Shown here one piece after another: positions 23,841-38,235 of a stretch of 64,000 bases of DNA (position 1 is the first letter of the stretch; every line of letters starts with the position of its first letter). The translations under genes and the position numbers were made by a program. The stretch lies in the NCBI GenBank assembly GCA_034780895.1, contig JAUZTB010000076.1, forward strand, positions 39,724,514-39,788,513, given 5' to 3'. Source of the stretch: Rhynchobatus australiae. Taxonomy: Eukaryota. Below the pieces are notes generated by a model that saw nothing but the letters and a program-made list of their open reading frames with translations, was not told where the DNA came from and did not search any database.

Positions 23841-26800
23841 AATAGTGTAGATAAGTAGGAAAAGAAATCAATCTTCCTGGATCATCTATTGCTGACTGGA
23901 AAACAAGACAAAGATGACCTTCTGAAAGTCAGAGTCATACATACAATGCAGTTAAGAGATCTTCACCACACTGAGCATTTCATGAATGCAATCCATGTGC
24001 TAATTTACATTTGAACAACTGTCACTGTCTACCTGCATCCAGTTATTACCTAGAAACCGCATGTAAGTGAGAATAGTCTGACTCCCTTGGTTTAATAGCT
24101 TCCTCAAGACAAATTCACAGAACAAAAAAAAATTATAAATCATCTTTAACAGAGTATTCTCAAGCACTTTATGAATAATGACCAATAAATATAGCAAAGT
24201 GCCTAAAGAATATAATCCATTATATGAAAACCTTCAGAGGGAAGAAGATCACAAGGAAAAAGAAAAAAAAATGACAAGTTTTCATTTCAAAATAGTTAAT
24301 CAGATTCTACTTTTAATCTCACTTGACTCCTCTTCAAAAAGAAGATAGTCACATTTGTATTTATAAAACAATTTTTACAAAAAGCTTTCTATAAAGTTGA
24401 AAAATAGTCACTATGATAACGTAGGAAACAAGGCAGCTAAATTGTACATCACCAGTTCACACCAACAGCAGTATGATAAAGATTACATTTTATTATGTTG
24501 ACAGAGTGATGACTTGTCACAAAACACCAGGGATTACTCTGCTGCTCATCTTGGTAAAAGTTTCTTGGACAATTTTTTAAAAATGCAACTCAAAAAGTAG
24601 TCAGGACCGTTTACCATTTGATCTCTTTGATTAAAAGCTTCGATAGTGCAGCAGTGCTCAAGTAATGTGTTGAACTATCAGCCTACATTTTCATACTCAA
24701 GTCACAAAGTGAGATGTGAACTCAACCTTCTAACCTGGGTGAAAGCAATACAAACTGAGCCACAAATGCAAAAACCCACAGAGTATGAATTCATGGATAA
24801 TTTTTTTTTAAGAAAATATTGTCATTATCTGACATACAATCCCAAATTATACACTGTCAGATTATTTCATCATGGATTAACCATTTAAACTCCTGATACG
24901 CACAAACAAACCACATGCTTCCCAGTAGGGGCAATGGATCAAGATCAAAAGTAGATGGGGTGATAATTATCTCCTCCCTATTTGAAGGGGAGAAATCAAT
25001 TACTTAACTGTCTAATCAGCAAGTTTTTAAATCAAAATGTTTTTTTTAAATAAAAAATAACCTTTGGAAAACAAAAGTTAAACTTGAAATTAAACAATTT
25101 AATCTTTAGCATTTAAAGGAGTCAGAAGCAGTACTTTCAGATCCTTCTTCTTTATCTGGCCTAGTGGCTGAGACTGTTTTCTTTCAAGAAAAGGTAATGA
25201 GGATATCTGACAGGAGTATACAAGAAGATGGGGGATTTAGACCAAGTGGACAGTGGATAGGGGTTTCCGTTGAAGGGGGAAGATCATAGATATAAAACAA
25301 AAGCTAAGAGAAATTANNNNNNNNNNNNNNNNNNNNNNNNNNNNNNNNNNNNNNNNNNNNNNNNNNNNNNNNNNNNNNNNNNNNNNNNNNNNNNNNNNNN
25401 NNNNNNNNNNNNNNNNNNNNNNNNNNNNNNNNNNNNNNNNNNNNNNNNNNNNNNNNNNNNNNNNNNNNNNNNNNNNNNNNNNNNNNNNNNNNNNNNNNNN
25501 NNNNNNNNNNNNNNNNNNNNNNNNNNNNNNNNNNNNNNNNNNNNNNNNNNNNNNNNNNNNNNNNNNNNNNNNNNNNNNNNNNNNNNNNNNNNNNNNNNNN
25601 NNNNNNNNNNNNNNNNNNNNNNNNNNNNNNNNNNNNNNNNNNNNNNNNNNNNNNNNNNNNNNNNCCTTCCATCAACTGGTATAGGATCAGCTTACAAATG
25701 TATATCACTCTTTCATTGCTCCTCTGTCCCACACCTGCCTCTATACCACCTTCAGTGCCGTTAGATTCTCTGCCCAACATCAAATCTGATTACCAACAAA
25801 TTCCTCCAGTTCAACTTCAGGAGATTTATATTTTTGTTTTTAGGTTTTGCTGTAGAGCATCCACTCCACTTTTTTTGGGTTGAAGCGAACAAGCCTTGTG
25901 CAACTGAGCTTTAACCTTCATATACCGTCACCATATTTTTTCTCACCTTTGAGCTTCAGGCATTAAAGTTTCTTCAAACCTATTTAAAACCACTTGTCAC
26001 ACACATTATTGGAATATTTGAATAAATATCACTCTCTAGTTTACTAACATTCTGGATGATATATCTTTTTATTCCCAATATTCAACTTTAAATTGTTGTT
26101 CCATTTGTTTGGGACACATTACCAAGGAGAACAACTGGATCAGGTCTACCAATGCTGATAATTTTGAAAATGTCAACTTTTATTCATTTGATTTATAAAA
26201 TGAATTAAAACATTCTTGGCATATCACATCAACTATGCTTGCAGATGATTTAAAACAAAGTAAAGCACTTTTGCTGAATACTTTATTCGACCCCCAACTG
26301 ATATCAGATGCTTACAGCAATCACTCCATGAAGATCCTTACTTCTCAACATTTAAGTGACAATATTTTCACATTTATGTTGTTTCCATAGCAAACATTTG
26401 TATCACATGGCTCTCCAAAAATGAGATTTTTTAAAAAATCCCTCTGAACATAATTAAACCAGCCAATCTGTGAAGCTAGCAAAGTCACAGTTATGCACTT
26501 CATACAATTTTGCGACCATTTTATACTGGATATTAGAACTAAGGAAAAGGTACAATCTAGATTCAGTGTGTCAGTAATGAAGGCAATTTATAGGTATTTT
26601 GGGTCAACAGCAAACATGTAGCAGAAATGGTTAGCAAATTAAAGGGATTTAATATACATCTTCAAAATTATTAAAGGGATGAGAAAGTGAGTAGGGAAAT
26701 ATTTCCAAAGATACATGATGAGTGACAAGAGAAGAAATACTACAATTCTATGGCATGCATCATTTTTGACAAAATAAAATTCAAATACAGCAGATTGGAA

Positions 26801-27020
26801 CCCTCACAGAAAGTCTGGTAGACATTTCATTTGAATGATCAAGGTATCGTTGGCATTGTGTTACTGAAACACCATCACTGCACAAAGTAATCCATTGCAA
26901 CCTGAACGGAAAGCATAATTTAATTCTCCCTCTGTGATACTTAATGCACTTACACAAGCAGTAACAAAGATCTATATTTAGATTTTTCAACCACTCAACT
27001 GAAACAGATTTGAAGTTTAC

Positions 27021-27113
27021 CTTGATATTAGTCATAGTGTTTCCCAGTGGTGCTGGACCCAAGATTCCATCCCCTGGGGCAAGTGATTGCTGTGCTGAAC
27101 ATGCAGGATCCTG
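27021..27113 (-). CDS. RAVER2: RAVER2 penultimate exon with PTB-interacting (PRI-like) motif GILGPAP
   Basis: Acceptor tttttgtttcctccttag|cag (NAGNAG) and donor aag|gtaaac; 93 bp, phase 0-0. Reads QDPACSAQQSLAPGDGILGPAPLGNTMTNIK, like RAVER1 GEGLLGLGPGPNGHSHLLK. Confidence 0.8.
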
Positions 27114-27199
27114 CTAAGGAGGAAACAAAAAGCATCAAATGTTTCTCCTTTCTTATTTTCTCTTCTCCCCACTCAAAAGCAGCTGCTAATATTACCATG

Positions 27200-29050
27200 A
27201 CTTCCAATTACCTTCTCAATAGAGCAATAAATCTATGAAAGATATTGGCAAGTAGCTTGAAATCTAATTTCCCTATTTCTAGCAACCTTTCACCACCCCC
27301 CCCCCCCCCACTCTACCTTGAAAACATTTAAGGACTCTTTCTAAGCCTTTTGAAGAAGGGTTTCAAAGACTCAGAGCAAAACAAATTCGCCGCACACGTT
27401 TTAAATGGATGACCCCGTACTTTTAAACCTTGTCCCCTAGTTTTAGACTCTCAAGGGGGAACATCTTCTCTACATATTATTTCACAAATTACCTCACTCT
27501 TCTAAACTCCAACAGATACAAACCTAGTCTGCCCAACTTTTACAAAGACAACCCAGCAATCTCAGGTTTTAATCGAGGAAATGTCTGAACTGCTTCCAAC
27601 ATATTTGGATCCTTTCTTAAATAAGGAGACTATTAATATACACAATACTCTACAAAAGACATGCGAGACCAATTTAATCAAAGTGTCGTATCACTATTTT
27701 TGCAACCAATTTCTCTTGTAATAAAACAAGAAGTGTTAGCTTTCCTAATCACTTAGTCTACCTGCATTTCAGCTTTTTGCAAAATGCACACTGATCTCAA
27801 AATCTCTCACCATTTAGAAAAATACTTCTATTTTTCCTAACAAACTGGACATTTTTCCACATCATACTCCATTTGCCGGATCTTCATCCACTCACTTAAC
27901 CAATCTCTCTCTGTGATCTCTTTACATCATCTTTGCAATTTTGCTGTCCTTTTCTGTCATCAGTAAACTTAGCAACTGTACCTTCAGTGCCTTCAAGTCA
28001 TTTGTGTAAATAGTAAAAAGTTGAAGCCCCAGCACTAATTCCTGTGGTACATCATCCATTACATCTTGCTAACCTGATATAGACAAAACTCCAAATTCAG
28101 TCTCTTTTCCTATTAGTAATCCAATCTTCAATCCATGCCAATATGTTACCTTCTACATCAAACTTTTATTTACCTATAATCAACCTTTGATGCAACACCT
28201 TACCAAAAGCCCTCTGGAAATCTAAAAATACACACAGCACATTTACTACTTTAAAGGGCTCCAGTATATTCGTCAAACACAATTCCTCTTTCAAAAAAAG
28301 CTTGCTGCTTTTATTGAATAATCACTTCTAACATTTGCCCCCCACCCCAAAGATGGTTGTCAAGCTAGTTTGTCTGTAGATTCATGCTTTCTATCCCTCT
28401 CTTTTTTTGAATAAAGAAATTATTCCAATTTAATGGAACCTTCCCCAAATCCAGGGAATTTTGGAAAGTTTAAAATAATATATCAATGGTCATTTCTTTA
28501 AAGATCCTTGGATGAAGGCCATCAGAATCCAAGGATTTATCAGTCAACAGTTTGAAGAAATTGTCAAGTGCCATTTCCTTGGTAAATTTAATTTTTCCAA
28601 GTTACTCCCTATCTTTTCCCAATTTACTGTTAGTTCTGGGATGTTACTTATAAACAATAGTGAAAATGGATGCAAAATACCCATTTAATTGATCCGTTGT
28701 CTCCTTGCTTCCCATTATTCCCCAGATGCATTTTCTAAAGGTCAACAATTGCTTTGTTAGCTTTTTTAAAAAATAGAATTACACAGAAACACTATGTTAA
28801 CATTACTTCATAGCTTTGTCTTGTATTCCAGTTTTTCCTTCCTTTATCTTTTTGTCATTGTTGGCTTTTCATATACAATCTTCTGACCTGCCACTTGTCT
28901 TTGCGCAATTATATGTTTTTTCCTTATTTATCTTTAACATTTCTTAGTTAACTACATGTGATGGGCTCACCCCTTGGAATTTTTCATCACTTGTTTGAGT
29001 GTACATATTCCATGTTGGTTAATGTATATCCACCAATGCATTTCAAAGAC
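27200..29050 (-). mobile_element. Old, heavily degenerate CR1 LINE
   Basis: Successive CR1 ORF2 motifs on - (cccagcactaattcctgtggtac, ccttaccaaaagccctctggaaatcta); no open frame. Confidence 0.6.
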
Positions 29051-29859
29051 TTTTTTAAAAAAAAACTTAATTTGAAAGATCACTTTAGCTAGTTCTGCTT
29101 GCATGCCCTTGTATAGAAAAAAAACAAGCACACTATTTAATATTATGCAGACCTGATGCATAATCAGGCCTTTTGAGAAGTATAACAAAAAGAGTATGCA
29201 CTTGCCCTGTCAAACAAAGATCTTGGATGATTTTATACCTCCTTAGACCAGATACATCATGGTTTTGCTGCCCAGTAGATTAGTTATTTTGCAGTCAGGT
29301 GATCAAATCCAGACTATGTGAATCAGGTCACCTGAGGAAAGGTATTTGATGAAAGGCTAGCATGAGAGCCAAAATGACATTTTTTTTTAAAAAAAAGGTT
29401 CAACTCCGCAACAGCAAACCTCTAGAGTATTGTTCTCGCTCTTTAGAAGAGAAAGACTGATAGCACTGGAATATATAAATGATGGATATCAGCAAACGGA
29501 TTAAGCTTCTTGGTGATGCTGTCATGGGTGAAACAAGACAAAAATCAATCAAGANNNNNNNNNNNNNNGGTGGGAAAAGTAAAACCCCCCCACAATGGCA
29601 TTTGCAGACATGAACCACAATTAATGCTGATCAGCTCAGCATTAAAACTGGAAAATCCACTACGTTCACAGAAGTCCACTATATGACATCCTTTACAAAC
29701 TCAAGAAGATTGTGGACTGGCTATCAAATTGACTATTTTGCAGAAATTATAAAAACAAATGAAACTTCCTAAATATTTCCACACAAAACAACTTGCTTCA
29801 CTTTATCCAAGACCAAAGCCAAGTACTTTAGGTTCAATTTTTCATTTTTCAGAGATATG

Positions 29860-30960
29860 TACAGAAGACAGATGTGACTAACAGTGAGCCAATAGTTCCC
29901 ATACATATACCAATTCTTCCTGGGATCAAGGTTGATATGCTTCCAGTTCTGTAGATTCAACGTTGTTGTAAAGGCCAATGTAAGACCTGCAGACTCTAGC
30001 GTGAGAAGTGGTGTGTACCTTCCATCATTTACACTGAGGCTCTGTGTGTTCCCAACGCATGTCATCCTAATGCTGTTTTGCCATCTTGAGTGGTCAAAGA
30101 CCAGGGAAGACTTGCAGATTAGGTCATATTCATTGTGCCCTCAGATATTCAGACTGTAAATCAGGAAGCAACTCGTCAGCCACTGTAGAAGGCAATTAAG
30201 GCAGACTTTGGCAATGAATTAATGTGGCAGATAGCAGAAAGACTCCTCTGTTGCTATCACAATCAGATTTAACTTTCTAGAATGTGGCCCAAGTAACAGC
30301 TTCTGGTATCACTAGGCACATCCTCCTCTTCCCAGATATGGGCGATGAGGTGGTGAACTCTAAGTCAATCGACTCTGCCAAATTTTAGAACATCAACACA
30401 GATACTGTTTGCTCAAGGTATATTGTTTTTCAGTTGGCATAAGTACTCTGACTTGATGGTATGATGCTGAGGGCTGGAGTCAAGAATGCTCACGTCAAGG
30501 TTAACGTCACAGTTGGAATCCTTCAAATGTTGCTCACAGCAGGAAGTGAGCAGCTCTGTCCATAAAAGCTCACCTCCACCCTTGGCTCACAGCAGGGTAG
30601 ACCTTGGGTGTTTGGGCAGTGTTTGGACTTAACAACTCTGAAGAATCTGCACGCCATGGCCATCAGCAGGTTGCTCAATCTTGGGTACACTTTCTACCCA
30701 CCATGTTTTTGAGTCACAGGTTCAGTTGCCTGCAGAGGTTTTGGAGCAGATGCTTTTCTTTTGAGATGTATTTGAATTTCCAGTGCAAGGACACCTTACA
30801 TTTGTGGTTTTTAGCTCTTGGATTTGCTGGTCATTCTCAAACCAATCCTGGTGTTTCCAGGTAGAGAATCCAAGAGCATCTTCACAGGTGTTAGTTATGG
30901 TGGACTTCAAGGCTATAGACACTCTTGTTGATTGCCTCACAGATGATCTGATGAAGCCCA
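29860..30960 (-). mobile_element. RTE-clade LINE fragment (endonuclease and linker)
   Basis: Minus-strand peptides CEDALGFSTWKHQDWFENDQQIQEL and AGLTLAFTTTLNLQNWKH. Confidence 0.7.
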
Positions 30961-30975
30961 ATCTAAAGAAGATTT

Positions 30976-31297
30976 TGTCCTCTTTTGGAAAGATACTGGA
31001 AAGATATTTTTAACATTAATTTCAAATGTATTGAAGATCAATTTACAACCGCACCTTATTACTGCAATTTTCAGATTACCAACGATTGAATCTGGCCATT
31101 TATCTGCTTCCGCTAACCGCATGATTGCCTTTGTTACGTCAATGGCCAAGCGATCTATTTTGCTTAAATGGAAGGATCCAATACCCCCTACTACCTTTCA
31201 ATGGTCTTCTCAAACTATGCCATGTTTAAACTTGGAAAAAATTAGGAGTGGTACTGTTGATCCTTCGCTTAAATTTGAAGACATTTGGAGTCCATTT
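30976..31297 (+). mobile_element. L1/Tx1-type LINE, ORF2 C-terminal fragment
   Basis: CPLLERYWKDIF, then a frameshift, then LKINLQPHLITAIFRLP...MAKRSILLKWKDPIPPT...LEKIR...FEDIWSPF. Confidence 0.8.
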
Positions 31298-32039
31298 NNN
31301 NNNNNNNNNNNNNNNNNNNNNNNNNNNNNNNNNNNNNNNNNNNNNNNNNNNNNNNNNNNNNNNNNNNNNNNNNNNNNNNNNNNNNNNNNNNNNNNNNNNN
31401 NNNNNNNNNNNNNNNNNNNNNNNNNNNNNNNNNNNNNNNNNNNNNNNNNNNNNNNNNNNNNNNNNNNNNNNNNNNNNNNNNNNNNNNNNNNNNNNNNNNN
31501 NNNNNNNNNNNNNNNNNNNNNNNNNNNNNNNNNNNNNNNNNNNNNNNNNNNNNNNNNNNNNNNNNNNNNNNCTGAGTGCTGCTAATTGAATGAGATTTGG
31601 AAAATTGAATTTTGGACATGTTGGTTCAGGTGCTACAGTGGGTGATGCTTTTTAGGGTTAATAAAAGAGCTTTCAGTAGGTGAATTTAAAGTACATTTTG
31701 ATAAGAACACACTCACATTTTGCAGAGAAGCAGCCACAAAGCAAGGAGATGCAGGGATTCAATTTAAAATAAAACGATCAGTTTAATGGTTAGCTCAAAT
31801 CCTCAGACTAATTTCTCATAATGCAAAATTCCAAGATGTGCAATTAGCATCCCAGCTCTTTTCTGTATCAAATCTGTCTAATTACTGGCTTACAAACAAA
31901 AGGCAATTTTTGCATTGCATCCCCTGGTTTGTCCTCTGCAATCAGAATTCATTTTGTAGATTGCTATTTTGTCTTGACTGTGCACGACAGGAGACCACGT
32001 TGATGAACAAACGCAGCCACAACCTTTTTGTTATATATT

Positions 32040-32670
32040 AATTCATGTGATGTGGATATTACTGGCATTTGTTTCCCATATTTGTATTCTCAATTGCCCA
32101 CGAAGTGCAATAGCGATGAAAAAACTTTTTGAAATGCTGCAGCTCAAGTAGCAAAGGCACTTTTGTACTGCCATTAAGATTTCTGCCCCAGTGGCTATGA
32201 AGGAATGGATAAATATTTTCAAATTAGGGTGGTGAATGTTTCAGTGAGGAACTTGCATGCATTGCTGTTCCCATGTGCTTGCCGCACCTATCCTTCCAGG
32301 TGTTCAAAGTTGTGGGTTTGTGTGATGCTGGCAAAGCAGTTCTGACATTCATTAAGTGCATATTGTAGATGGTATGCAGCATAGACATGAAGTACCGGGG
32401 TGGAGAAAGTGATCATCTAAGATGGAGTGCTGCTTTCCTGTGGTTGAATTTGAGTGTTAGTGAAATGGCATGCAGAAAAATAGAAAGTGTTTGTTCATAC
32501 TTCTGACGTGCACCTTGCAGGTAGACCTGCTTGTTGGAGATAGTCATTGTTTGGCACTTTGAGAACAAATGCTTGTCACGTAGCAGCTCAAACCTGTATA
32601 TTGGTTTAATACACATGGCCCACTTTTGAACCTGCACCGAAGTTATGATCAATGATAAAACAGCTGTGGA
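32040..32670 (-). mobile_element. CR1/L2-group LINE 3' fragment
   Basis: Reverse-complement counterpart of 840-1427 and 37720-38230. Confidence 0.55.
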
Positions 32671-33652
32671 TATTTGTGTCTAGAGCATAGAATTATAAAA
32701 ATATTCAGCACAGAACAAGATAGACAGCCAAAGCATAGCTATTTAACCCAAACCTACACTCTACAGTTATCAGCACTTCTTCCAGGTCCTGTTTTGCCTC
32801 CACTATATCTTTTCTGACAAGTAAATCCAAACCTCAATTGCAAATTCCCTTTAATCCTTCTACCAATAACCCTGAATTTATTCCCTCAATAACCCTGAAC
32901 TTATTTCCTAGTAATTGCCCTCTCTGCTAAGAGAAAGAAATTTGCCCCATCTATGCATCTTAATTTTATATGCACATTAAATTTCAGACTCTTCCACTAC
33001 TCCACTCCACTTCCCACAAAGGAAACAAATGCTGTCCAGTCATTGGCTTGGTAACGAAACCTGTACAGCTCTGACAACAACCTCAAATCTTCCATGTATA
33101 CTTCTGTTGCCACATCCTTTTCAATAGTGTATCAACTAGAAACATACACAGCATCTGTGGCCTGCACTGAGAAAGGTCTGCATAGTTAGCTGGTTCAAAA
33201 TTATGAAATATTTTTGGCAACCATTTTGTTTAATGTTTCCAAGNNNNNNNNNNNNNNNNNNNNNNNNNNNNNTCCAAATCGTGTGGGTTTTTATAGGTGT
33301 CTCTGGAGTAAGGGGAAAAATTGAATGAACCAAGTAGTCATTTGCAGTCTGTCATTTTGGTATGTGCGTTCAAAGTCATTACTGATCTTCATACGCTACT
33401 TGAATTTAACTATGAAAGTTCCTTCACTCCCTCTTCAGATTTTGTGCCGCTCATCTGCTTTCTGCCCCACTAACCCTGATTAACATTGCCCAAGTTTGAT
33501 TACATGGAATTAAATTTCCAAATAAGGATATTCACAGCTATGTGGCATTAACATTTTCAATCAGAAAACTAATTTTAAATGGGAAAATTTGTCCGTTTAC
33601 AACATCAAAAAGATGACCCAGTGTTAAACTCTGCATTATTCTTTCATCTTAC

Positions 33653-33769
33653 CATACAAATTTGGCTTGTTTGTACACTCCTAGGAAAGTAGGTCTGACT
33701 CCCAGTGTAACATGAAGGCACCACTTGCACAGCCATGCTGTAATCCACATTGGCATTTGCAGAAACATG
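33653..33769 (-). CDS. RAVER2: RAVER2 internal exon
   Basis: Acceptor atttttctttttag| and donor atg|gtaaga; 117 bp, phase 0-0. Reads HVSANANVDYSMAVQVVPSCYTGSQTYFPRSVQTSQICM; the CYTGSQTYF part resembles RAVER1 FYSGSPTSYF. Confidence 0.7.
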
Positions 33770-35339
33770 CTAAAAAGAAAAATAACACTGAATTCTTCAA
33801 CTGAGTTTTTTTTAAAAAGGAAAGGCAATTTAAACCAAAGCATCTGTTACATTCTGAAGGATCTTAACCAAAACTTTCTCACCTTCTTTCAATTGACATT
33901 TTCTTTCACTGTACCACATCAAATTGCTGTTTAAACACCTTACAATGGCCTTCACTAGTTGCATAATTATTTTATACGCACATGAAAGATCTGTCCAACA
34001 ATCTTCATTTCCTAGTTTTTAAAATCTGTACTCTTAACACTGCAGTTTTCTGACAACATTCTTTCTANNNNNNNNNNNNNNNNNNNNNNNNNNNNNNNNN
34101 NNNNNNNNNNNNNNNNNNNNNNNNNNNNNNNNNNNNNNNNNNNNNNNNNNNNNNNNNNNNNNNNNNNAGTTTTCTGACAACATTCTTTCTAAATAAAGTT
34201 TAAACTCTGTAAAAGACTATTGCATTTCTACAATCAGTGTTGCCTGCTGAAAAAAATTCACTTCATTTCATATACACAGCAAACTACAGTGACTAAAATA
34301 GAAATATGCCAGATGTGCAAAGACATATGACCAAAGAGTAGGCCGCTCAATTCAAGCCAACTCTGTCATTTAATAAATAGCTGATCTGATTCGACAATTT
34401 CTCATTTCTGCCCCCTGGTAACCTTTCACTGCCCTGCTTATCAGGAATCCAACTCTGCCTTAATATTCAAATATTCTGCCATAATATTCAGACATTCTGC
34501 TTCTGCCACCCTTGAGGAAGTGATTTCACATAATTATGACCCTCAGAGATAAAAATTAAATGCCCTAATACTAAACAAAAACATTGTTAACTTTCCCATT
34601 TATTTGCTCTACCTGAAGACTAACCTTTTGCACATCTTGCTCTGAGATACCCTGATCCTACTGCATTCCAGAACTCTGTTTAGCCCTATTCTCCATGTAA
34701 ATATTATACTTTATTATTCCTGCCAAAATGGATTTTTTGCATTTGCACTTGGGACGATGATTTACATATACTAGTGCAGCTCCTGAGCAATGGATACAAC
34801 AAAGGCCAATGTACTGGAGACCTTTGCTCCAGAAACTAGCTGCACCTCTAGACACATTTTCCAGTACAAATACAGCACTGGTTTGTATTCAAATTGTTCA
34901 GGTTTATCCTGTTTTAGTATACAGGAAAAATGCAATTTGGCCTGTTACTGTTCCACAGCCTACTCTCAAATCTTGAAAGTGATGAAAGGTGCGTGGAGTA
35001 CTATAAAGCACCAAGTACTGATGGTCAGTTTTGGTTCCAGTGGGACAACTCTAGACCTCATTGGTTTTGGTCCAAGAATCAGTAAAACAAAACAAATTCC
35101 TGAGAGGAGTGGTGACAATTACTGTACCTGAAATCAAAGCAGCAACAAGGAGCCCAAGTAAGGTCACAGGAAACTTCAAAACATTTCCACTAGCTGTAGT
35201 TGAACTTAGCAGAAAGGAGGATGGTAGTGTCTTCTAGCAACCAATCAGCTCAGCTCTAAAACATTGTACTCACCAAGGAAAGGGACATTGTGGTTGGGAG
35301 ATTCAGAGATTGGGATAGTGAAATTCTAGAACAAGTTAC

Positions 35340-36100
35340 CATTGGAAAAGAGGATGCCTGAGTCAGCTTAAAGGCAGATGAGATGTATTCCAGGCTGCAA
35401 TAGGAGACAAGGGAGGAGACTGCAACAGCTCCGACACTTTTAATTCTTCACTGGTCACAGATGAGATGCCAGATAAGTAAAGGACAGCAAACGTGGAACC
35501 TTTATTCAAGGCAGCAGCAGAAAGAGGTAATTAGAGACATGTGCAGTTCCGATTGCCACACCATTGGAAGGATGTAAATGCACTCAGAGGACGTGAAGGA
35601 TATTCATCAGCATTTTGCTTGGGTTGGAGCATTTCAATTATGGATGAGAGAAGTTGGACTTATTTTCTTTGGAAATGGAAAAGACTGAGGTGGTTACTTG
35701 ATTGAAGTATACAAAATTGATTACGAAATTAAAAAATCAAAATTGACTAAACATGATTGAGATACAAGTGTCTTTAGATGTTAGAAAGTGTGAAGTATCT
35801 CCTCATAGCAGAGGTGCACAAAATCAGAGAGTGTTAAGTTTAAGGGATTGGAGGTTGGGAAGAGATCTGAAAATTTTTCTCTATGTAGAGTGTGATTGAA
35901 TCTATAAAACATTGCACGAGAGGTGGTGATGAAAACAGGTACCCCCACAAAATGTTAGCAGTAGATAAGCACTTGAATTGGCAAGGCAAAGAAGTCTACA
36001 GATCAAGTGCTAGAAAATAGGATTAGTATAGATGAGTACTCAATGTTTGGTATGACCTGATAGGCCAAAGGCTCTGTATATGTGTTATGCAACTCTACTG
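35340..36100 (+). mobile_element. CR1 LINE fragments
   Basis: gatgagatgtattccaggctg..., gtgcagttc...ggaaggatg, and a 3' tail taggccaaaggctctgt. Confidence 0.6.
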
Positions 36101-36499
36101 TTGTGAGAAATCCTCAAAGCAGTGTTCTAGGCTCAACCATCTTCCATTGCTTCAATGATTTATCCACTTCTGAGTGTGATCCAAGAAATGCTCAGTAATG
36201 ATCAGTGAAGATCTTTGTATCCTCAACAGGTAAGGTCCCCGAGGACTGGAGAGAAGCCAATGTTGTTCCTTTGTTCAAAAAGGAAAATAGGGAATAAGAA
36301 GACATTTGACAAGGTACTTCATGGATCAGATATAACTAAATGAAAGGCTGGGTGGGTGTTGCACTAACTCACCACATAATTCCCTGAATATTCACACTAC
36401 CTATAAAGCACAGCATGACAGGATACTCTCCACCTGATGAGTACCATTTCTACACAAAGATAGCCCAGCTCCATTCTGCAAAAAGCAGCCAGTTGATTG

Positions 36500-37400
36500 T
36501 GTTGTCATCAACATCTTGATGATCACAAGCTGGCATTGTGTTCTCCAGATGGAATCAGATTGTCCATATGATGATCAATGGCAAATGGTGATGCTTACTG
36601 ACTGATGTAGAAATGAGAAGGGGAACGGATGGTTGCAGTGACCACCACTTTGTGATAGCCTCCTTCAGGCTAATGCTGAGGTATGGTTCCACCGAGCAAG
36701 AGTGTTGTGATAAGATAGAATCCCCTGAAATAAAGAAAGTTTTTGTTCTGCACAGGATTAGGGCACTTACAGACCTTGAGGAAGTGGAGGGGAAAGTAGA
36801 TGAAGAGAACAACAAGTGGGATGAAGTGGCAGCATTCTGAAGCAGAGCAATGAAGGCTGCTTAGGCAGAAGGAAAGCAAGGATTACACCAAGTACATGGA
36901 TTTACATAGAAACAAAACAAGCCCTGAAGAAGAGAGTTCTAGACATAAAATCCCAGCCATTGAAGGATAAATACCATGAACAGTACAACAAGGCGTACAG
37001 GAGGACAAGAACAGCATGCTGAGAGCCTGGCAATACTTACTGAGGATGCAAGTGCTTGTGGCAAACAAGGGACCATCTATAAAATTGGTGGGAAATGGCA
37101 GACATCAAGATATATGCCAATCAAAGACAAATAAAAGGACAATGGATGCATTGGGCAGAGCACTTCGAAGAATGTCTGAACAGGGACATATCTAAAGAGG
37201 AAGCTAAAATTAGACCTTGACATTAACACAGACAGTCCAACAAAAGAGAGAGCAAATAAACCATTAAATCCTTCAAAAATGGGAAAGCTTCTGGCAAGGA
37301 TGTCCTGAATACAGAATTGTTCAAGGTAAATCCTGACACAGCAACATCAAACTGAAAAAGGGAAAGAGTACCAGATGACTAAACCTGTGGAGGTATAGTG
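36500..37400 (+). mobile_element. RTE-like LINE fragment
   Basis: Endonuclease motif RRGTDGCSDHHFVIASFRL, and IKSFKNGKASGKDVLNTELFK. Confidence 0.7.
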
Positions 37401-37540
37401 AAGGTACCATCAATGATTGTATCAATTGAATCAATGACTGTAATTTCTGGTGTGGTATTATATCTTTATCAAAAGGGATTGTTGTCTAGTGTGCTTCATA
37501 GGCAATTGATGGTGTTCTCAGAAAAATGCAAGCTCATTTT

Positions 37541-37620
37541 AGATAAGATATCTTCATTTGTCACACGTACATCAAAACACACAGTGAAATGCATCTTTTG
37601 CGTAGAGTGTTCTGGGGGCA
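37541..37620 (-). mobile_element. 3' end of a SINE/LINE-tail repeat next to a gap
   Basis: agataagatatc...acacacagtgaaatgcatcttttgcgtagagtgttctgggggca; resembles a repeat I recall from batoid genomes. Confidence 0.4.
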
Positions 37621-37720
37621 NNNNNNNNNNNNNNNNNNNNNNNNNNNNNNNNNNNNNNNNNNNNNNNNNNNNNNNNNNNNNNNNNNNNNNNNNNNNNNNN
37701 NNNNNNNNNNNNNNNNNNNN

Positions 37721-38235
37721 GATCAGAGGGCAGGTACCTTGTGGCAAGTGACTTGCCTCCCAAGCTTTTCCACCATTTACATTCAAGTCAAGAGTGCAAT
37801 GGAATACTCTCCACTTCACTGGATGTGTGCAGCTCCAACAACACTCAAGATGCTGAACACCATCTGAAATAAACCAGTCCTCTTCATTGGCACCTCATTT
37901 ACTCTAAACAGTAGTGCATATTGGCAGCAGTTACTCACCTACATTACTCTGACAGCACCTCCCAAACCCACAATTGTTAAGGCCAAGGAGGACAAAGGTA
38001 GCAGGCACTAGGAAATACAATCAACACTTGCATGTTCTCCTCCACATCATTCTGACTAAGAAATATATCAATGTCCCTTCATCGCAAGGTCCAAATCCTG
38101 GAACTCCCTGTCCAAAAGCATTGTTGGAGTACCTTCAGCAGGAGGACTGCAGCAGTTTAAAGTGATAGCTCATTTCCACCTTCGAGGGATGGGCAATAAA
38201 TGCTGACTACACTAATAATGCCTACATCCAAGTTT
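37721..38235 (+). mobile_element. CR1/L2-group LINE 3' end
   Basis: IYIQVKSAMEYSPLHWMCAAPTTLKML followed by a gggatgggcaataaatgctg tail. Confidence 0.75.

Noticed and set aside
32866-32910. Short two-copy tandem duplications (also about 34460-34500 and 63937-63959)
   Set aside because: Ordinary slippage inside decayed repeats; no spacer array, not CRISPR-like.
34044-34191. 24-bp direct repeat on both sides of a 100-N gap (also acagagattg at 50008 and 50118)
   Set aside because: Most likely unmerged contig overlaps rather than target-site duplications.
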